Shown: positions 25,259 through 37,199 of the stretch, piece after piece | How positions within the stretch are numbered: position 1 is the first letter of the stretch | Layout: each line of letters begins with the position of its first letter | From: Spongospora subterranea f. sp. subterranea | Lineage: Eukaryota | NCBI GenBank assembly: GCA_049724395.1 | Contig: JAUGWO010000082.1 | Coordinates: 1-64,000 of the forward strand | Length of the DNA: 64,000 nucleotides | Direction: 5' to 3' | Program-made: the position numbers and the translations under genes | The notes under the pieces: model-generated | Seen by the model: only the letters and a program-made list of their open reading frames with translations | The model's database searches: none | What the model was told of the DNA's origin: nothing

Positions 25259-25441
25259 TTACACACTTTTTTCAATATATGAGTATGACCTTCTTGCACC
25301 ACCCCGGAGAATTGTTTGGCCTGTCAGCAAGCGAAGACGACTGTCAGCTCAAGGCAAGGGAGACGGCACCGGTGCGGCTTTCGGACTAAGGGGGTGTGTG
25401 GTGACAGGTGACACCGAGTAGACTCAATTTTGATCCAAATT

Positions 25442-28400
25442 GATCCAATGATCCAAAATTGATCCAACACTGTGCGCAGTCACTCACAGATACATTTAAG
25501 TGTTCCTACAGTGTACACTTGCTCATGTACATTTGCGGAGAATTGATCAATATCCCGGATCGGTATCCTTCACGGCTCACGCGTTCAATTGCGCAATGGC
25601 TCCGCTCCCTTTTCATCTCAATGGCAGGAAAATGGTTTATCGCAGCAAATACTTAAATTCGTCGTATTATCGATGCAGTCGGTGGCGGTCATCATCGCGG
25701 CAGGTGCCATGCCCTGGGACGGCTGAGCTCCTGCCATCTGGAGCGATACGAGAATTGACCCCTCATTCCTGCAATCCTCACAATGAAGTTCCAGTTCATG
25801 GTCAACGAGTCGATGCCACTCAGGAGGTCTCAACATTCGTCCCGCCAAAACTTCATATTTCGTTTACTTATCCAGTAGATGCGCTCGCTGATCGATGCAA
25901 TCGCTATTCGGGATCGTGCACAACCTGCACGCATGGTTTGGGAAGAAGCATCACGCATCATCACGCGACGATATCTGGACGTACCGATTACGTGCATGAC
26001 CCGAAGCGCATGTCTTAACCGGGTTCACTATATACGGACGGGAGGGTCCTCGTCTGACCAGTTTCGAACGATTGAGACCCCTGAGATGGCTTTAACGTCA
26101 GATCGGATGAATTTTTTTTTGGGCTACATCACCCCAGTTTTCGAAGGAACGGTCAAACACAATCTTGGGTTGTGGGGACACCCGGCCCTTTTTAACATGC
26201 TCAAACGCTCCCATATCGATATCTTTATCGACGCTACGTTTCGGCTGGTCCCTAAACCTTTTAAACAGTTTCTCATAATTATGGTAAAAGATGCGGATAG
26301 GGACCTGTATTTACCCGTCTTTTATATTCTTATGACTGGCAAAACAAAGTTTTTATATTTACAGGCTTTGGGTCTGATGAAATTGCGTGTGGGAAATGCA
26401 ATTTCTCCAGGGAGTGTCTGCTGCGATTTTGAGGCGGCTTTGATTGGCGCAGTTAAAGGTTCGAACAAGTTGAATGGTTCTTCATTTCTATGATTGATTG
26501 TGTTTACAGACACATTCCCGGTATTGCCTTCAATAACAGGCTGTCTCTTCCATTGGAAACAGGCGAACCGCCGCAGGCTTATACAACTCCGGATGCATAT
26601 TTCTCTGATCAACGTGTTAATGATCCCGGGAAACCTGGACGTGTTAACGCTAATTCCTCACGGTGAAATCATGGAGCAGGGGTTTGGCTATATTTCCTCT
26701 CTCCTCGAACCGATTCCTGCATTCAGTGATGATTCCAGTGAAGGGCAGAAGCTCGATCAGTTCTTTAGCTATTTCAGACGGATGTGGATTGAAACAATTC
26801 ATCCAAAACACTGGAACATCAGTCGGCAGATTGCTTCAGGAGAGTGTATCGCTAATAGGACAAATAACCCGATTGAGTCTTACAACAACCGCTGTAACAA
26901 TTTGTTCCCTTCGGCTCATCCCAGCCTCACAGTTTTGATTGACGTTCTTCGTGGAGACGCTGAGTCGTTTGTCCGTTTGATACACGAGATCGATCAGGGG
27001 ATCAGTGTTGCACCGTCTCACGCTCCTTCTTTTGTGCCAACACAAGCGCTTATTCCTCCTGGCTATATTAAATTTATCCGACGATTCGAATCAGAAGCAA
27101 CGCAAACGGTGGAAAGGTTTGTGTTCTGATTTGTCTCAGATGCCTTTTTTTTAATTTATGATTCACGCAGACCCAACTATGTTCCTGTCATGGCCCACGT
27201 TACATCCGTAATGAATGCAGAGTTGTCTACACCTGTTGTGGCAACTGTTGCGTCACGGTCTCATCTCCTCCATCATGCTGACGACGCGACGAATGCAGAG
27301 ATACCATCTCATCTCGTTGGGCTTGATGACGCGGCAGAATCAGATAGTTGCAACACCTCTGGCGCATATTCTGTTCCCGGTACTCATAATTCGCATACAG
27401 CGCAGACCATTTCAGGTATTGCAGTTAGAAAAAATGAACAACTCGTTTGAGTCTTTTATAGAACAAGCACTATCTTGCAATGATAGTGATCAGGAACTTG
27501 CAGCCCTCAGGGACATCCTGGATTCTCCAAGACATGAGGCAGAACTTGCTGGAGAACCGGAGGACGTCGCATCAGAAGCGCAGCTGACATCGATGCAGGC
27601 TTCAGACACAGTATGCGCTCCTGCGAATCTTGAATGGTTGCAACACTTTCGTTGTTATGGCTGCTTGTTTTACTGATTTTCTTGCAGTGATCGCATTAAG
27701 CTTGGACCTGGGGCTAAGATATTTTTTTGGTACCCTGGCAGGGTGCCAGGTCCCGGAAACGGCGTTTATGCGACAGTTTTAACAGTAATGTCATGTAGTT
27801 TTGATCTGTACTAGTTGTAACTTATGAGCAGGTGTTTCCCAAAGAGCGTTACCTGGAGACAGGCATACCTTTTGAACTGGATTGCTTCCATAGTTTATCT
27901 ATGGATACCTGTGTACGAACAAATCTATTTCCAATGTCCAAAGCTGATTACTTTCCCAGATACAAGTTTTGTCCCCAATAGAGGTTAGGATGACACCGAT
28001 TGAAACCTTCGATCTTCAGTCAGGTACTATGGGAGGAAGAACGGCATAGCGCAGGAGTACAGCCTGGAAATTCAACGTGAAATTTCTGAAATCACGAGAT
28101 TGCATCCTGGATACCAAGATTGTTTCCAAGAATTTTGAATAAAAATTTCCATGATTGTTTTAATATTTGCAAAAAAATATTGTACACACGACGATACTAT
28201 TGGATAAAAGGGGTGATTTTGGCTCTTGATTTCAGCAAGATTCCGCTGAATTTTCAGACTATATTCGTCAGCAATCGTGCTTCCTTTAATTGTACCTGAC
28301 TGAAGATCGTTAGGTGTCGTCGAAACCTTCACTGGGAAAACAACTTGTATCTGGGAAAATTCCTGGTCAAACGGGGACTTCCTATTATTATGATAACAAA

Positions 28401-28508
28401 GCACTACATACAGTATACGCTCTTAACATTACTGGAGATAAATATACACTTGACTGTATTTACAAGTGACTGCGCACAGTGTTGGATCAATTTTAGATCA
28501 TTGGATCC
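25442..28508 (+). mobile_element. Mutator-like element (MULE) with ~41-bp TIRs and 9-bp TSD ATCCAAATT
   Basis: Left TIR gatccaatgatccaaaattgatccaacactgtgcgcagtcac starts at 25442 and matches the reverse complement of 28466-28508. ATCCAAATT at 25433-25441 and 28509-28517. Confidence 0.9.
25596..27129 (+). CDS. FLYWCH-like plus MULE DDE transposase
   Basis: YYRCSRWR..CPG..H.C; IFIDATFRLVPKPFKQ; CDFEAALIGAV; GCLFHWKQA; RTNNPIESYN. Introns 25827-25878 and 26459-26509 keep the frame. Probably continues through an intron at ~27117-27170 into a disrupted 3' region. Confidence 0.88.
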
Positions 28509-28844
28509 ATCCAAATTGAATCCGCCCCGGCGGACAGAATCCTTTCCATCCTCCAGTCTCGTCACATAGGGTACTGGCGGACAGAATCCAGTTTTCCCGA
28601 ATATACGGTGTATTAGATCCGATATCTGGTCCGTAAAGTCCGTCAGGAACTCCGTTGCCAGCTATATCCAATACAATAGGGTAGCCTGTCGTAGGCTATA
28701 ACATAGGGTCAATACGTTGACACATATGTTACAGTTACCAACTGAAACAAAAGGTACTATAATGGCTGAAGGCCATCATTCTCGGGTCCTTATATACCTA
28801 ACACTTTCGGATCACGACAAGTAAGTTAGGTTTTAGGTAAAATA

Positions 28845-29095
28845 ACAGATGAACTGATGAATCTGATGATTGACGAACTGATGAATCTGATGATTGATGA
28901 ACTGATGAATCTGACGATTGATGAACTGATGAGCTCAATGAATCTGATGATTGATGACATGAGGACTGTTTTCCCATTGATGATCGATGACACAGATGAC
29001 ATGATGATCGATGAATCGATGAAATTGACCCTAGATGATCATATCTGATTTGATGAACGTTGATGAAAGATGATTGGGTGAACATACAGATGAAC
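28845..29095. repeat. GATGA-rich degenerate 24-bp tandem repeat
   Basis: gatgaactgatgaatctgatgatt units, decaying rightwards. Confidence 0.85.
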
Positions 29096-29239
29096 AATAT
29101 GGTCCCAGAACCATCTCTTCATTATACCCGTGATTTTGAGGAGGGGAGTGTATCAATTGAGCCACTCATTCAATGATATTAAGAACATATTTAATTAGCT
29201 AATATTCCAAGATCCAAGAACTAAGGAGCTGCGCTATCA

Positions 29240-30589
29240 TACCACGCTATCAAAGCGCAAGCAACGAATGTCAAGGTTTTTTGAAGAGAAAGGGAATCTT
29301 GTGGCAACGTACCGCACCAAATCCTCAACAAAATGACAAGGCAGAGAGGATGAACAGAACGATCGTTGAGATGGCGCGATGCCTGTTGTTTGACTCTGGA
29401 CTACCGACTTCGTATTGGGGAATACGCGGTCCGGTTGGCGGCCTACATCAGAAATAGGACAATAACAAACGTCAATGTGAACGAGAAGTCACCGTATGAA
29501 CTCATTCACAAGAGGCTACCAAGTCTTGCAAGTTTGCCACTGTTCGGATCTCTGTGGAAGGTTCATGTTCCAGATTCACATCGAAGCAAGTTCGACAGCA
29601 AGTCAAGAGAATGCAAATTCCTTGGATTTTCGGATGGTACTAAGGCGTATGTGTTTGAAGATTTGAAGACGTCGAGAAGGTTTATATCAAGGAACGTCAA
29701 ATTGAGGGAGACTCGCACAACACCAGATGAGACGCTAGCGGATGACGAGGAATTCCTGCCCGCAAGTGCAGTCAAAGGTCAACTATTCGAGAAGACGAAT
29801 TCGAGCGTGAAGGTGCAAGACAGCAGCGGCGAAGCCGTCCTCATCGAGAAGAAGAAGCCGGAGCTAAGCACAAGCAAACGAATTAAGTGGAAGCCGGCTC
29901 TGTACATGGACCGGCTGTGCCTTGACGAATGAAAAGGAGCCAGCAACAACAACTATGGCGTTGAAAGATCAAAGACGGAAGAGAGCGATAGAAATGGAGT
30001 ACGATTCAAGCAAGAATAAGACTTGGGACCGCGACCAAAGGGAAGAAATGTGGTCAGCGGCAAATGGGTGTTTAAGGCGAAAACCGATGCTGCAGGAAAC
30101 GTGATCAGATGCAAGGCACGCTACGTGGCCCGAGGATTTAGCCAACAGCCAGGAACCGACTTTGGCGAGACCACTTCACTGCTTGTGAGTCTAACCACCC
30201 TTAGATTACTCATGGGGGTTTTCAGCAAGGCTGGATCTGGAGGTAAAACAGATGGATGTCGACACTGTTTTTCTTTACGGAGAATTGAAAGAAGAGATCT
30301 ACCTGGAGCAACCGGAAGGGTTCGCTGTGCAGAACGAGAATGGCGAGATGGTATGCAAGTTGAAGCAGGCCATATATGGCCTGAAGCAGGCGGGTCGCGT
30401 TTGGTGGGACCAGATAAACGAGTACTTGAAAAGCGACGGCTTCATCGCAACGAAAGCGGATCATTCCTGTATTGCCGACGCTCTGAAGACAATGTCACAT
30501 TCATCGCCATATATGTCGACGACTTGGTGGTGACATCATCAAGCACAACCATCATCAAGAAAACAGAGAATTTCCTTAGAAGAAGATAT
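29240..30589 (+). mobile_element. Ty1/Copia integrase-RT relic, cut at 30589 by a Gypsy LTR
   Basis: AERMNRTIVEMARC; KSPYEL; SKFDSKSRECKFLGF; KWVFKAK..KARYVARGFSQ; MDVDTVFLYGEL.EEIYLEQPEGF; IYGLKQAGR; IYVDDLVV. Confidence 0.9.
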
Positions 30590-32124
30590 TGTGCCGGTTC
30601 CGCAGCCTGAATTGTGTTGGCGTCTCAGGAATTACGAGCCTGGACTCGGGTCGCCAACACACCCACGATTGTGGACAAACAAGGTCTGTATTAGAACTAA
30701 AAGAAAACTCCGGACAAAAGACAGGTCTGATCCGTCTCATTCCCCTCCTTTCATCCGAAGAAACTCCAAAATGTCTTGAAATTTTCGGTTGTCTTTCTGG
30801 AGAGGAGTTTTAACATGAGTCGGACATTCAACCAACAAATGCTCGAGTGGTTCCCAGGTATCAAATTCCTGGGTGAAACCAAACCACCTAATCAATAAAA
30901 CCCATTATCCGTCTTTCTCCTTACGAACATCCATGATCTCTTGAACTTCGAAGCCTGTGTTATCATGAGCTATTTGAGTTAATAGGTCGGTAGTTACGTT
31001 CTAAAGACGAATCTGCATAAAACTTGAGGCGTTGACAATGCACTTCAGAGACTTGTCTGGTAACTAGATCTTCCACTTGAAAAACAAAATCGGACACTGC
31101 TCCTTTGATACGTGCAGGTCCATGCCATTTGAAGTTTAGCTTGCCACCCAGCTGACGTTGTGGCATAGCGTAAAGTACAAAATCGCCTACAGCAAAATTG
31201 GCCTTTGGCGCGCTGAAGTCGGCTGCATGTCGCCGTCGTGTTTCTTCTCGAACACGGGAGACCTCACGATGCATATCGGCAAAACTATTTCTTAGCTTAA
31301 CAACATGAGCATCTAAATCCTTTGTTGGTAGCACGACGTGTATAACTTTCGACCTGTTGGGGGACCAGATCGCATCTAACGGAGACGATGGCTCTCTGCC
31401 CGAAAACAAGGTTATTGGAGCAAAACCAAATGAGGGTGAGATCGAGTTATTCAGGGAAAAACGAACTAGCGGGAGGAGTGTAGGCCACTCATTGCGATGT
31501 AGTCGCATTTCCGAACATAAGCTCCTCAACACTGACAAAACGTGAGAGTTTGCCGTCTCAACGCCACCATGAGACCACGGCGTGTACGCTAAATGAAAAT
31601 GATGGTTAGCATGCAATGCCAAACATAGTTCTTCGATCACACAATTCAAGAAATGAGAGCCTCGATCGGAAACCCAAATTTCGACAATTCCGAACCTGGT
31701 AAACCAGTCCAACAGAGAGGAAGCTGTGTGCGCTGCAGTGGGCTCAATTGCGGGAAAAAGATCGATGTAACCGGAGAATCGATCCCTTACTACGAGAATC
31801 TGTTTGAACATCAAACAGGACGGTCCGATGAACAAATAGTCGAAATCAATAATGCTGTTCGGACGGGTTGCTTCTGCAGATGCGCCGAATGCTCGTGGAA
31901 TACGCTCCCCTTGTTTTCCGGGAAGACAGTGCAGACATTTATCCACAAACTCAAACGTATCCTTTCGAATGGTTCTCCAAAAAAACCGGTTAACTAGTGC
32001 TTGATAAGTTGAACGCCGTCCACGATGTCCTGACGAGCCACAATGAGCTATGATCATTAAACGAAGTTGCAATTGAGCGTCATCCAGAGGGATGTACACG
32101 ATGTCTGTCTCAGAAACATATATG

Positions 32125-32278
32125 CCAGAAAGACAACCGAAAATTTCAAGACATTTGGAGTTTCTCCGGATGAAAGGAGGGGAATGAGACGGATCAGACC
32201 CGTCTGTTGTCCGGAGTCTTCTTTTAGTTCTAATACAGACCTTGTTTGTCCACAATCGTGGGTGTGTTGGCGACCCGA
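32125..32278 (+). repeat. Inverted copy of the element's own 3' end (chromodomain tail, PPT, part of LTR)
   Basis: Reverse complement of ~30648-30800 with a few substitutions. Confidence 0.9.
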
Positions 32279-33796
32279 AAAGTCTCAGCACGTTGGCCTA
32301 AATCACACAACTGTTTTTCCACATCTATGCCAAGGCATAATAGCAGCGGGTCGACCTAATAGCACATCGGGAATATCAGCGTCGAAGCACGTGCACCCAA
32401 TGTCGTCTGACGGTGACGCTTCCAGTAACTGTGACAATTGTTATGTCCACCAATACAAAGAAAATGCGAATCAATTGGAAAACCGTCGCCTAATGAAAAT
32501 GTTCGCGAGCCTGATCGAATTTCTGGATTTGCAGTTTGGAGAACCTGCCACGTGTTCTTCCCTATGACAGTAAAACATCACCGATATCGATTGCGGTTGA
32601 AAACGTAAACTTGGTATCTCCGACAGATATTTCAACTGATCTTATTAGCTTCGGCACTGGAGTGGATTGCAGAACAATCGGTGTTTCCTTCGGGGATTCG
32701 GGAACGCAATGAACCTTTGGAGGTCGCCATTCAGTGGGAATTTCATGGTTAGTCTTGTGGGCAGCATCAATCCGATTGGTACGACCTCAATTATCATCGA
32801 TTCCATCCACATGCTCATAAAGGTAATCCTTTTCATTTTCGAACCTGACACGATTAATTTTAGCCATCGATATCTGCTCGTGAGGCTTGTTGATTGCACT
32901 TTTCGAAAAAATGGCCTCCTTCAACGCGTCTGCGAGGGCTCAACAATAGTTTTGAGTGATGGACGCTCACGATCTCTTAGCTGATGATGAATGAAAGTCG
33001 GCCACTGAGAATTGAAACTCACACTGGTTTCTTATCGTTGTCCTTAAGGCTGGCTTCGTGTAAGAGCTTTTGAACTTGTTCTGAATCCAACTTACGACAT
33101 CTTCTAACATTGTGAGGACCTCCACAGTGTAAACACGACGCAGCAACAGTGTTGTACTTCTGCTCCTGTGTAGCACCTCCATGTGAATAAGTTGGGAATG
33201 AGTCTCGTTTACAGACATCCTGGCGGAAATTGTTGTTCCCTTGCAGATGATTCTCGCGATCTGATTGTGGAAAACTATTGAATCTGATAACCATCTCGAT
33301 TGAAGATTGCAAGATTTGGTAGAATCTGGTCACATCATTTCTGGCGGAAATCGCAGTTGTTACGAGCTAACGCTCGAGATCTTGCCGCAGAATGGATGGA
33401 TATAAACCTCTTACCATTGCCTTGATCTGTAGCTCAACAAGAGATGACTTTTGATGGAATAGTTTCGTCATCCCAGATTCACGATGATTCTGCGAGACTG
33501 CATAATCAAATCCAATTTTTGCATCGTCTATGATCAGGGTGTGGATTGAACCGAAGGGTGTCAAACATGGTCCGAACGTCGACATTAGCAACGGAATCTT
33601 GCTTGACACGATCATCCATGAACTTGTACAAGTCTTCGTCGTCGATTGTCAAAATATGCGACTCTGGGCGATTTAACTCAAGTACCACTATGAAATACAA
33701 AGCATCGTGGTCAATAACATGTCGTAACTTCTGAGCAGTGACAGCTCTAGATGTTAACGGATTTCTTATAGAGTTTAGCTTCTCAATGGCGTCCCA

Positions 33797-33890
33797 GTAA
33801 GTGTGCATTGACGTAGAAAATGGTTAAAACTTGGTATGTCTAAGTAAGTGTGCCATTGACGTAGAAAATGGTTAAAACTTTGTAAGTCTA
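33797..33890. repeat. ~48-bp tandem duplication within gag
   Basis: gtaagtgtgc(c)attgacgtagaaaatggttaaaactt.gta.gtcta, two copies. Confidence 0.85.
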
Positions 33891-35391
33891 GGTCCTTGAG
33901 GGACAGGGCCGATATGATGTTGAACTCGACGGGATTCATGGCACCGTCGGTTGGCTAAAGATTATTTCGAACAGAATACCACGGAAGGTTGGTAATAGCG
34001 CCATGTGCCGGTTCGGCAGACTAAACTGTGTTGGCGTCTCAGGAATTACGAGCCTGGACTCGGGTTGTTAACACACACACACGATTAGATCGGTGGATAA
34101 CAAGGTTTGATCCGTCTATTTAGGCCATTTTTGGGCCAAATCGGAATTTTGGGCCAAGGTTTGGGCAAATTTTGGGCCATTTTCAACTTTCCGGTAGTAT
34201 TATATTTACATACGCAACTGCACCCGCCATCAAAATGCATACGATTGAACCAATTCGCACTCTGTCAATCAACGCCATAGCTGCGGTGCAGAATTCCTGG
34301 AACAAGATTGTGTCGTAGCGCCCAACTTAACCTTCGTCGATTACGGTTTTGTCATGGCAACGGATGTGGCATGAATCGGATTCCATTGAATCCGCGCGGG
34401 TCAGGGCATAAACAACAGCCCTTGCAAACTTCACCGTTGATTGATTGCTTTGCGGTTGCTGGAAAAGTGCTCCGGTTTCTCTGGAGGCCATGAAGCTGCG
34501 TCCAGCAAATGGGGGATACTGACATTGTACAACATTGGGAACGGTTTTCAACTACACGGCAAGGTGTGTTGCTTGGATGTGAGTCGTGTTCACGACCAGA
34601 CCATGTCCTATGGCATTGCCCAAGTTATAATTCATGGGGCGCTTTCGGCACTGCTTGAACCAGCGAACATCTGCACGAGATCGGCATTTGATTGAAGGTG
34701 GAGCCCCAACTAAACAACAAAAAATCGGTAATTTGAACCAACACATTCTCCATGTTGTTGTCATTGATCAAAGACATCGATGGGAAATAGAGAACCACGA
34801 TCACGATAACGGAATAGCGATGTACCGATAGTTTAACGGATATCCGATAATTTCATATGTTTTCTGGAATCGGTACCGTTGTTTACTTTACCTGTGCGTC
34901 TGAACCATTTGGCTTTTACACGTTCAAGACAGCGAAGCGAAGATCACAAATTTTGGCTAATCGGACATGCTGAATCATGTGTTGTGTCATTCTGGCAATA
35001 AATACGGGTTGTGTTTTATAGAATGCCAGATCGAGTAGTGATGGTTTAGTCTCATGTGGTTTAGTGATGGTCAACTAGATCTGGAAATATCACCGAATAA
35101 TGACCAATCGAATGCTCTGGGCAGACCTGTTCGGTTTGATCATCGTGGACAGGTCCAATGGGCGATTGTATCGAGTTGATGAGTAGTCCCTGATCTGGCA
35201 ATGATCCTGTTAATATTGTGTATATCGCCACATGTGAGATCCTCTCATGATCCACAATTGCACTGCTATCCCAATATCATCTATCAACACGAGCATGGTC
35301 AATAAACCAGTTCGGCTGAAAAAGTCGACAAAAACAGCCTGAAATCTGTCTAAAGGAGCAGCAAATGCAGTGATCGCCACTAGTTTATCAA

Positions 35392-35700
35392 TTCATTTCT
35401 GTAAAAGTTTGACGATCTCCGCGACATCTGAGGAACCGTTCACTTCCATCATCTGCATTGCCACCTCCAGTGCTGTTTCTCCATTAGCAATGATGGTGCG
35501 GCTGACGCCTTTTTTCAATAAATATTCAAAACCCCAGACTCTAAAAACAGTCAAACTAGCACAAAGAGGTTGACCAGCGACGATTTGACAAACTGAGTTT
35601 TTGAAACTGCCACATGGAGAGCAGTTTCCCCCTGACGGTTTTGAACGTTGACGATTGACCCCGCCGCATTTATAATATATTGAATATAATTGAAATATTC
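35392..35700 (-). pseudogene. Ankyrin-repeat gene fragment
   Basis: Manual translation: AGSIVNVQNRQGETALHVAV, intron, IEKGVSRTIIANGETALEVA...EIVKLLQK*; apparent frameshift after the intron. Confidence 0.6.
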
Positions 35701-37199
35701 AATATATGTAGTAATTCTGTGAGATCTCGATCAGACTCTTTGAGACATTAACATGTTATAGCGATGGTCACAACCACTATCATCAAGTAATTTGCTCTTT
35801 TGTTATCTTTGTCGATGGTTTACAAATATCAAGAAATGTAAATCGATCATGTTCATTGTGTTGAATGCCACCAATGTCATCACAGCATTTTCAGCACATT
35901 TGGTTCATTACAAAGTCGATTCTTTAAATTATTTCATTAAAACCATTGAGGCGAAACTCCCTGGCCATGGCCTTTCACATCACCGTCATCAATGTCCAAT
36001 GCGTTATATCACATTTTCATCATGTCCATTGCAGTCAATTAGTAGAATACACTTCCAAGGTGAACAGTTCAGTATCTTTACAATCAACTAGAAGACTCTG
36101 AAATCCTTTTATCTAGATTGGTGGTGATTTCTCACAATTAAGGTAAATCACCAAACCATCAATAATCAATACGAACTGATCAAAATTCGTCACAACGCCT
36201 AGCGAGACTATTGAAGGTTTTCCATGTAATGAAATCATATGACAACGTTCTTTGTTTTCAGACAGACAAAATGACAACCGAGCCAAACCACGACTCTATT
36301 ATGATATTGTTCAAGATTATTATTGTTCTATTCCTTAATAGTTTGCAGGTCCGATCTCACGTTGGGTTACTGGGGTCGTCGCCAAACGTTTTCCAGTTGC
36401 CTGAACCATGTCCCGTTGTGATGCAGTTTCGCACGCCAATTTGGTGCTCATTAAGATCATTGAATATATCGCAATGATGTCCAGTCTATTGTGGGGGGTC
36501 CTTGCTCGCTTTTAAGTGATTATGGTTGTCGAATCAATTCCGGTTCTGTATCTGATTTTGTTGATGATGTTGATTATAGTTTTCGATGAAGACTGAAAAA
36601 TGATCTGGACCCTGTGGACATTGTTTTCAAAGGCCAGGCTGAATGTTTAATCAATCAGCGTCATCGTTATCGTTTCAGAGGCGGATCATCGATTCTTAAT
36701 TTGAGGATCTATTGGTTAATTTAGAATCTTTATCGGTTTCTTTTTTATTTTAATTGTTTTCTGGGCCTCATTTCAGGGCAGAGACGCTGCACAATTTTAT
36801 TTGAATCTTGTTTGATGTTTTCTTCAATGGTTGGTGTAATTGATATGTTCAAGTTGTAACGCAGAAATTGTTTTGTTGAGGATTTTCGGGCTCGAGTTAT
36901 TGCTTGGATTATGATTAATAAACTACAAACAGTTCATGCAACGCTATGGCTTTTTGTGCTTAGAGTGAACCATTGACCCGAGACCCGATGCTGTCGTTAT
37001 CGTTTATCATTCTGCTGATTGTACTTTTGAACATGGCTTCGAAATACTCAAGCACGGTGAGAGATTGTTTTCAAAAGCGTAAATATAACGTCAGAAGCTT
37101 TTGCAGTTTTCATTAGTCTCGTAATGCAATTCACGTTGTGCATATTCAGATTGCAGCGATCCAGTTCTGATAATAATGACTGTGGACGCTCATCGCTTC

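Larger units (their letters stand above)
30590..34118 (-). mobile_element. Chromoviral Gypsy element with LTRs (gag, protease, integrase, chromodomain; RT/RNase H missing)
   Basis: 3' LTR 30590-30739 (TG..CA on minus strand) with PPT gaaaggaggggaa at 30740-30752; 5' LTR 34004-34118 (internally deleted) followed by PBS-like tggcgc. Gag knuckle CLHCGGPHNVRRC; integrase ORF 30963-32291; chromodomain FEVQEIMDVR..LIRWFGF..DTWEP at ~30800-30960. Confidence 0.88.

Noticed and set aside
34120..35260. ttttgggcca repeats resembling a DNA-transposon end, followed by decayed coding-like sequence
   Set aside because: No partner TIR and no identifiable transposase motif.
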